DNA of 64,000 bases from Oleiphilaceae bacterium (GTDB taxonomy: Bacteria; Pseudomonadota; Gammaproteobacteria; Pseudomonadales; Oleiphilaceae), in NCBI GenBank assembly GCA_022447365.1, contig JAKVBL010000001.1, forward strand, positions 29,588-93,587, in the 5' to 3' direction. Of the stretch, positions 58,503 to 64,000 are shown one piece after another. The number at the start of each line of letters is the position of its first letter. Position 1 is the first letter of the stretch. The notes under the pieces were generated by a model. The model was not told where the DNA came from and did not search any database. It saw only the letters and a list, made by a program, of their open reading frames with translations. The position numbers were made by a program, and so were the translations under genes.

Positions 58503-59777
58503 TTGGCGCTAACTATTCGAACTCGTTATCTGCAACGACACGCTGAGCCCGAAAGCTTAGCGTTTTCTCAAGAGTCTGATGTTCTTCAGCTCGATTCAGA
58601 CCTTGTAACTGGTTTTGTTCTTCCTATCTATGATGAGTCTGTTAGCGCATTAACGCGCTTTTTAGATATGCCCCGAACAGATAACCTGATTAGTGTTTGG
58701 GTGTTTAATGCTCCTAAGGGCGGGGCTGAAGATGCTCGTCGACGAACTGAAAGCGCGCTTTCTCATTTTATCGATGCCCTTGAGATGCAGCGTTTAAATC
58801 CACATATTTATCTTGCAAGGTTAAATGATTGGCATCGATTAATAATCATTGATCACTGCGCTCAAACTCGTCTATTACCTGCTAAAAAAGCAGTAGGCTT
58901 GGCGCGAAAAATTGGGGCAGATATAGTTATCGCGCAGCTCTCAAACCATATTCCTACTTGGCTGTATTTTAGTGATGCTGACGCTATCTTGCCCTCAGAT
59001 TATTTTGACCTCCCATCTTTTGAAAGCCGTCCTAGTGCATGTGTTTTAGGTGTTGAACATCAGGCAGAGCAGGGGCTAGCTAGGGAAAGCGCTTTGTATG
59101 ATTTTAAACTGCATTATGTCGCTGAACGCTTGAAAGCATCAGGGTCTCCTTACGGATATATAGCGCTTGGTTCGATCATAGTGATTGATGTGGACGATTA
59201 CTGTCGGGTTCGAGGTGTACCTAAAAAATCAGCTGGAGAAGACTTTTATCTGCTCAATAAACTGGCCAAATTACATGGTGTTGAAAGTATAGAATCTCCT
59301 GTTGTGAGTGTGGCTGGCAGATTGAGTTCACGAGTCCCCTTTGGTACTGGCCAAGCCTTGGAAAAAATGAAGCATGAGCACAACCAAGGCGATGACTACG
59401 GCTTCGATTCTCCTAAGACATTCGCAGATCTTAAGTACTTATATGATTCCTTAGAACAGGCGATTTTATTGGGTGAGATGGAGCGTATCATGCCGAGTTT
59501 TATTGGCGCTTTATCCAAAAACACTAAACTATTGGACACGCTGAAATACTTAGGCTTTGATACGTTTTGTCAGCATGCTCATCGTCAAGTGAATACACCA
59601 AGCCAATTTGAGAGTGCCTTTCACCAGTGGTTTGATGGTTTTTTAACACTAAAATTTGTGAACCATTACCGCTCGCATTATTATCCTCCTGTTTCTTTAG
59701 AGTCGCTGGATGCGATTAGCAATGAAATGACTCATTCATTGAAAAAGAAATATCAGGCATTAATCACTCATAGGTAG
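58503..59777 (+). CDS. GT-A-fold glycosyltransferase-like protein (family unassigned)
   Basis: GFVLPIYDE (first strand), SDADAILPSDYF (DxD-like), GSIIVIDVDDYCRVRGVPK and AGEDFYLLNKLAK follow GT2-like motif order. The TTG start lies 4 nt after the HIT stop. There is no in-frame ATG before the first conserved strand. Confidence 0.5.
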   Translation: MALTIRTRYLQRHAEPESLAFSQESDVLQLDSDLVTGFVLPIYDESVSALTRFLDMPRTDNLISVWVFNAPKGGAEDARRRTESALSHFIDALEMQRLNPHIYLARLNDWHRLIIIDHCAQTRLLPAKKAVGLARKIGADIVIAQLSNHIPTWLYFSDADAILPSDYFDLPSFESRPSACVLGVEHQAEQGLARESALYDFKLHYVAERLKASGSPYGYIALGSIIVIDVDDYCRVRGVPKKSAGEDFYLLNKLAKLHGVESIESPVVSVAGRLSSRVPFGTGQALEKMKHEHNQGDDYGFDSPKTFADLKYLYDSLEQAILLGEMERIMPSFIGALSKNTKLLDTLKYLGFDTFCQHAHRQVNTPSQFESAFHQWFDGFLTLKFVNHYRSHYYPPVSLESLDAISNEMTHSLKKKYQALITHR

Positions 59778-59781
59778 TCAC

Positions 59782-60693
59782 TTGGCCCAACAAGTCTCTT
59801 CGTATATTCATGGTTTGGAACCATGGCAATACACCGTCTCTGCAGGCTTTACTTTGCGTGGACATTACACCCCTCCAACTGGAAAACCGGTGATTCATTT
59901 TCTTCATGGCAATGGATTTAACGGCTTGGTGTATGAAAAGTTCCTAGGGCCCTTGAGTAAACATTTCGATATCTTTTTGAGTAATGCGCAAGGACATGGC
60001 GATAGTGACGCAGGAGTTCGTCCTTTTACTGATTGGGATGATAGTGCATCTAGCTTTACTGAAGTGTGGCAGCACTATTCAACCTTATGGGCTGATGTGG
60101 AGCGAATAGGGATAGGCCATAGTTTTGGAGGTGTGAACACGTTATTGATGACACAGATCGACCCAAAGCTATTCACGAAAGTATTTTTGTTAGATCCAAT
60201 TATTGGGTCGAGATCGTGGTCATATGCGGCGAATGGCTTACGCATGTTGGGTCTGTCAAAGCACTTGCCCCTGGCAAAACAAGCGCTTGTTCGCGGTACG
60301 TATTGGCCTGACGAAGAAGCATTATGGAATTACTTTTATCAACGCGGCACTTTCAAAGGCTGGGATGATGATTGTTTACGCTCCTACCTTAATCATGCGA
60401 TGAAATCAGATGAAAACGGTGGTTTTTCACTGAAATGTCCGCCGCAAATAGAGAGTAATATTTTCTCGAGTTACTCGAACTCGGTTTGGTCTTCTCTAGC
60501 TGCCTTGGGTATACCTGTGCACATGATTTATGGCTCACGCACGTATGACTTTGTGCGTGCCAACTTGCCTAAGCTAGCGCGCCAATATCCCTTTGTAGAA
60601 GCAAGCAAAACCATTGGCGGGCATTGTTTTATGTTTGAACAGCCCGAGCAATCCAGTGAATTGCTGCTTTCTCTGCTTGGGTATGATGCTTAA
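59782..60693 (+). CDS. Alpha/beta-hydrolase fold protein
   Basis: HFLHGNGFNG oxyanion region, GIGHSFGG nucleophile elbow, and a late GGHCF His. The TTG start lies 4 nt after the upstream stop. Confidence 0.7.
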   Translation: MAQQVSSYIHGLEPWQYTVSAGFTLRGHYTPPTGKPVIHFLHGNGFNGLVYEKFLGPLSKHFDIFLSNAQGHGDSDAGVRPFTDWDDSASSFTEVWQHYSTLWADVERIGIGHSFGGVNTLLMTQIDPKLFTKVFLLDPIIGSRSWSYAANGLRMLGLSKHLPLAKQALVRGTYWPDEEALWNYFYQRGTFKGWDDDCLRSYLNHAMKSDENGGFSLKCPPQIESNIFSSYSNSVWSSLAALGIPVHMIYGSRTYDFVRANLPKLARQYPFVEASKTIGGHCFMFEQPEQSSELLLSLLGYDA

Positions 60694-60757
60694 GCCTTAT
60701 TATTTGTGACGAAGTTCACTATAATCCTGCCTTTCTCAAACAATGGTTGTATAAAGA

Positions 60758-61690
60758 ATGCGTGACGAAAGTATTTTGTTAGGTCAGGTCGAAGGGTTTA
60801 TTTCTGTTTTGGCTCAATGCCAGGCGCTCGGAATTACCGTAGCTTCGGCACGCGAGAATGAATTAATCTTAGAACTTCCTTATACAGAGAAAATTATTGG
60901 TAACCCTGATACTGGTGTTATTCATGGGGGGGCGATTACTACCCTAATGGATACAGCTGCCGGCGCAGGGGTTTTATGTGCATTGCCAGAGTTTGAGCTC
61001 TGTCCAACTTTAGACTTACGTGTTGATTACATGCGTTCAGCACGACCTGATCAACCCGTATATGCGCGCGCTAGTTGTTATCGCGTCACTAAAAATATCG
61101 TATTCATGCGTTGTGAAGCTTACCAAGTTGATCGCACTGTCGCGCATTGTGTGGCCACGTTTATGCGCATGGGTGCCAAAGGTATTCCATCTTTGGAACA
61201 TATGACCAAAGGCACTCAAATACCCGAATTTACTTTCAATGAGAACACACGATCGCAGGTTAGCTTAAAGGACCTTCGTGCATCAGCACTCGCAACGAAA
61301 GATTTCGAACCACTGATTTCTGCTATCCCTTATGCGTCTTATATTGGGGTGGAATTAGATGGAGAACCAGCCGCAGGATTTTACAAGTTAAATCGTCAGC
61401 CAAGTAATATAGGAAACCCTATTTTGCCAGCGATTCATGGTGGTGTATTAGGTGGCTTTATGGAAATGGCGAGCATGCTGCATTTGCTAGCCACGCAACC
61501 TGGGGGCGTGATTCCTAGGATTATCGATTTTTCGATCGATTATCTACGTGCCGGTCTAGATAGAGATACTTTCGTCCACTGCGAAGTGACGCGTCAGGGA
61601 GGGCGTGTTGCGAATGTGGAAGTGCATGCATGGCAGCAAAGAAGAGAAAAGCCTATTGCCTTAGCGCGTGCCCATTTCTTATTGGAATAA
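60758..61690 (+). CDS. Tandem (double) hot-dog PaaI-like thioesterase
   Basis: Two repeats carry the PaaI-type motif: GVIHGGAITTLMDTAAG in the N-terminal half and PAIHGGVLGGFMEMAS in the C-terminal half; 310 aa. Confidence 0.65.
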   Translation: MRDESILLGQVEGFISVLAQCQALGITVASARENELILELPYTEKIIGNPDTGVIHGGAITTLMDTAAGAGVLCALPEFELCPTLDLRVDYMRSARPDQPVYARASCYRVTKNIVFMRCEAYQVDRTVAHCVATFMRMGAKGIPSLEHMTKGTQIPEFTFNENTRSQVSLKDLRASALATKDFEPLISAIPYASYIGVELDGEPAAGFYKLNRQPSNIGNPILPAIHGGVLGGFMEMASMLHLLATQPGGVIPRIIDFSIDYLRAGLDRDTFVHCEVTRQGGRVANVEVHAWQQRREKPIALARAHFLLE

Positions 61691-61706
61691 CAACCTCCAA
61701 ATTTTT

Positions 61707-61741
61707 ATGAGCGCTGCTTAAGTTCAGCGCTCATATGTTTT
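61707..61741 (+). terminator. Hairpin terminator between convergent thioesterase and OYE genes
   Basis: 10-bp stem ATGAGCGCTG / CAGCGCTCAT with an 8-nt loop, followed by ATGTTTT. Confidence 0.55.
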
Positions 61742-61759
61742 CGATTATAAGGCTTCTCG

Positions 61760-63067
61760 TTAACCAAATTTTCTTCGCATGTTTAGTTTGAAGTCATTCT
61801 TCATATGACGAAGGAAATAACGCACCGTTGTAGTCTTAGGATTTGGCTCCTTGCCTTTCGCTAGCAGAATCATCTGCCAGTAATAAAAACCAACCGCGCC
61901 GAAGCTATTGATCGCTTTAATGAGATCAGAGCGACTATTATTTCCCCAAAAGCCTTTGCCGAGAACAAGTTGATGTTCATAGTCGTCTAGACTGTCAATC
62001 TTTGATTCAATCAGATCGCGTGGACAGTTTACTTGCGTGCAAAGGGGGCGTGCCAAACCAATCACATCGAGTTCTTTATCCGCAAGCGCTTTCTCCATAA
62101 CAGACCGTGATCGGAACCCGCCTGTTACAATCAATGGAATATTGGCAGCCTCGCGAATGCGTTGTGCATATTCAATAAAGTAGGCTTCTCGCTTGCGCGT
62201 GCTCTCTCTGACCTCTGTGGGTTCAACCCCCATAAGACTCAGTTGCTCATACGTGCCGCCTGAAATCTCAAGTAAATCGACGCCGTCTTCGCCGAGCCAT
62301 TTGGCAACTTGAACGCACTCTTCGAAGCTAAATCCATCTTTTTGGAAATCAGCAGAATTAAGCTTCACTCCGATTGGATATTCTGCGCCGACCTTTTCTC
62401 GCACAGCTTTGATTATAGCTCTAAGTAAGCGAGCTCGGTTCTCGATGCTTCCGCCCCATTGGTCTTGGCGTTTATTTACTTTCGGAGACAAGAACTGGCT
62501 GAGTAGATACCCATGCGCACTATGTATTTGAATCCCTTTAAAACCGGCTTCTTTGCAGAGTTCAGCTGAACGAGCGAAGCGTTGAATGACGTCTTGAATG
62601 TCCGCTTCAGTCATCGGCTTTGGCTTGCCAAAATTACCAAGCATTTCTAGGTGGACATCAGAAGGCGATAAAGGCGTACTGTTGACTAGTTTGGGGCACT
62701 GTCGACCCGGGTGATTCAACTGTACCCAGCAATGATTGCCATCTTCTTGGCTTGCTTTTGCCCAAGATTTGAAACGATCTAAATCTTTATCGTCTTCTAG
62801 TACAACATTTCCCGCGCGTTCAAGATACCGGCGATCGACTTGGACATTACCCGTAATGTGGAGGCCTGCGCCACCGTGTGACCAACGGCGATACAAGGTT
62901 TCAAGTTCTTTTCCTGGCAAGTCACCTTTCTCGGCTAAGCCTTCGGTCATTGCGCTTTTGGCAATTCTATTAGGCAGAATGGCTCCGCAAGGGAGAGTTA
63001 ATGATTCACCGATTAATGACGTGTTCGCAGACATAAAAGACAGTACCGTTTTATTGTTGTATGACAA
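61760..63067 (-). CDS. NADH:flavin oxidoreductase (Old Yellow Enzyme family)
   Basis: IAKSAMTE, IQIHSAHGYLLSQFLSP..N.R.D.WGGS and GGFRS motifs; 435 aa. Confidence 0.85.
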   Translation of the reverse strand: MSYNNKTVLSFMSANTSLIGESLTLPCGAILPNRIAKSAMTEGLAEKGDLPGKELETLYRRWSHGGAGLHITGNVQVDRRYLERAGNVVLEDDKDLDRFKSWAKASQEDGNHCWVQLNHPGRQCPKLVNSTPLSPSDVHLEMLGNFGKPKPMTEADIQDVIQRFARSAELCKEAGFKGIQIHSAHGYLLSQFLSPKVNKRQDQWGGSIENRARLLRAIIKAVREKVGAEYPIGVKLNSADFQKDGFSFEECVQVAKWLGEDGVDLLEISGGTYEQLSLMGVEPTEVRESTRKREAYFIEYAQRIREAANIPLIVTGGFRSRSVMEKALADKELDVIGLARPLCTQVNCPRDLIESKIDSLDDYEHQLVLGKGFWGNNSRSDLIKAINSFGAVGFYYWQMILLAKGKEPNPKTTTVRYFLRHMKNDFKLNMRRKFG

Positions 63068-63280
63068 AAGACAATTACGCGACAGAGTGTCAACTTGATC
63101 TTATTTAAGGCGATCTCGCTTGGTTCTGATGCGCTTGTGGAGTATTTAAACGTTGATCGGCATGTGTTGTACATGTTGTCTCGCGGATAAGATTTAACTT
63201 TATCGGTACGCATTTGTGATTAATGCGTGGCAGACATGAGAGCGATGAGAGCCATGAGTTGTGCTAGAAAGAAGATTGCC

Positions 63281-63303
63281 TGAACCGTTTGGAATGCGGT
63301 TCA
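63281..63303 (-). terminator. Weak hairpin downstream of the MRJP-like gene
   Basis: 7-bp stem TGAACCG / CGGTTCA with a 9-nt loop. On the minus strand it is followed by the T-rich stretch TCTTCTTTC. Confidence 0.35.
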
Positions 63304-63327
63304 AGCAATTGTCTTGAGTATATTTAT

Positions 63328-64000
63328 TTAGTGGCCTGCTGTTGCAGTCTGTTCTGTCTGTAGTTTAAAGATTTGATATGGACCATTTTGCTGGATGTAG
63401 CTGTCAGGTTTGGCCATAACGAATTGCAATGCGCTGGCTGTGATGTATAAGTCTCCATTAGGGCCAAAGCTAAAGCCGTCAGGCCAACGAAGCATTTTGT
63501 CTTTATATAGTGTTTGTAATTGGCCTTGCGGATTCATCACGACGATCGCCGAATGTTCTATATCGGAAATATAAATATTTCCCGCATTATCTGTTGTAAG
63601 GCCGTCACTCATGGTTTTGTCAGCAAAGCGTTCGATACGAGCGTAGAGTTTGTCTCTTGGTAAGGACTCGTCAATGAGCGCACTTACTGGAACACGGTAC
63701 ATAGCTTCATCACTAACTGGCGCAAAATAAAGCCACTTTGCTTCACGATCTAGCGCAATTGAATCGACACCGGGACGCACAGCAAACACGCCAAACATCA
63801 ACATCTTCTCACCTTCTACGACCGGAATATATTTGTCGGCGTCAACGGATTCATGGTCTTCAATAACGCGGCGAGCGGTTTGAGTTTGGGTGTCGTACAC
63901 AATGACAGCGGGGTCTAAGCCAAAAATACTCGCGTCAGCGATGAAGATATATCGCCCATTAGGTTCTACTTGGAAATCGTTCATGTGCGAGCCTAAACCG
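63328..64000 (-). CDS. Major royal jelly/yellow-like beta-propeller protein, C-terminal part (5' end outside window)
   Basis: The frame stays open to the window edge. FIADASIFGLDPAVIVYD, GVDSIALD, TDNAGNIYISDIEHSAIV and PDGFSFGPNGDLYITASAL resemble bacterial MRJP/yellow or SMP-30-like propeller repeats. Confidence 0.6.
   Translation of the reverse strand, partial: GLGSHMNDFQVEPNGRYIFIADASIFGLDPAVIVYDTQTQTARRVIEDHESVDADKYIPVVEGEKMLMFGVFAVRPGVDSIALDREAKWLYFAPVSDEAMYRVPVSALIDESLPRDKLYARIERFADKTMSDGLTTDNAGNIYISDIEHSAIVVMNPQGQLQTLYKDKMLRWPDGFSFGPNGDLYITASALQFVMAKPDSYIQQNGPYQIFKLQTEQTATAGH

Noticed and set aside
63161-63175. Inverted repeat CATGT-GTTGT-ACATG in the 260-nt region upstream of the OYE-family gene, considered as a possible operator.
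   Set aside because: It has only 5-bp arms, no adjacent regulator gene, and cannot be distinguished from chance without comparative data.
1-64000. Search by eye for tRNA or rRNA genes, CRISPR repeats, IS inverted repeats, integrase or transposase ORFs, prophage modules, repeated REP-like palindromes and toxin-antitoxin pairs.
   Set aside because: None found. Intergenic regions are short (mostly under 200 nt) and contain only unique hairpins and promoter-like elements. Small gene pairs (46522-47121, 13811-14513) lack toxin or antitoxin motifs. A covariance-model scan (tRNAscan-SE or Infernal) was not possible here and would be the decisive check.

Overview
The window reads as about 64 kb of densely packed, syntenic core chromosome from a gammaproteobacterium. 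That assignment is an inference from the EpmA/EpmB-type EF-P modification genes and from E. coli-like neighbourhoods (epmB-efp, psd, rsgA-orn, rnr-rlmB, xseA/guaBA).

I call about 62 protein-coding genes:
- Envelope and LPS: exbD fragment, msbA, lpxK, ycaR-like, kdsB, murB, lpxL, mpl, psd, galE.
- Translation and RNA: efp, epmA, epmB, an EF-G paralogue, proS, rsgA, orn, rnr, rlmB, tadA.
- Nucleotide metabolism: guaB, guaA, xseA.
- Signalling: REC-PP2C plus STAS, sixA, BLUF, a degenerate REC-PAS-GGDEF-EAL protein, a membrane GGDEF protein, an HDOD-like protein.

I saw no rRNA, tRNA, CRISPR array, IS element, integrase or prophage genes, and no recognisable defence island.

The observations most worth a second look are:
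1. A roughly 3.1 kb autotransporter gene broken by five separate lesions, while every neighbouring gene is intact.
2. A compact galE-HIT-GT-A-like-alpha/beta-hydrolase string with three 4-nt junctions and non-ATG starts, followed by a tandem hot-dog thioesterase. This is my best candidate for an uncharacterised glycoconjugate or glycolipid pathway.
3. A FimX-like degenerate c-di-GMP protein co-transcribed with an unannotatable 599-aa protein, with a short BLUF photoreceptor nearby.
4. A terminator-like hairpin inside the first 80 nt of epmA.
5. A SAMHD1-like HD phosphohydrolase in an operon with a TetR regulator.

None of these is demonstrably a new system from sequence alone. All family assignments come from motifs read by eye in the supplied translations; no database search or computation was run.
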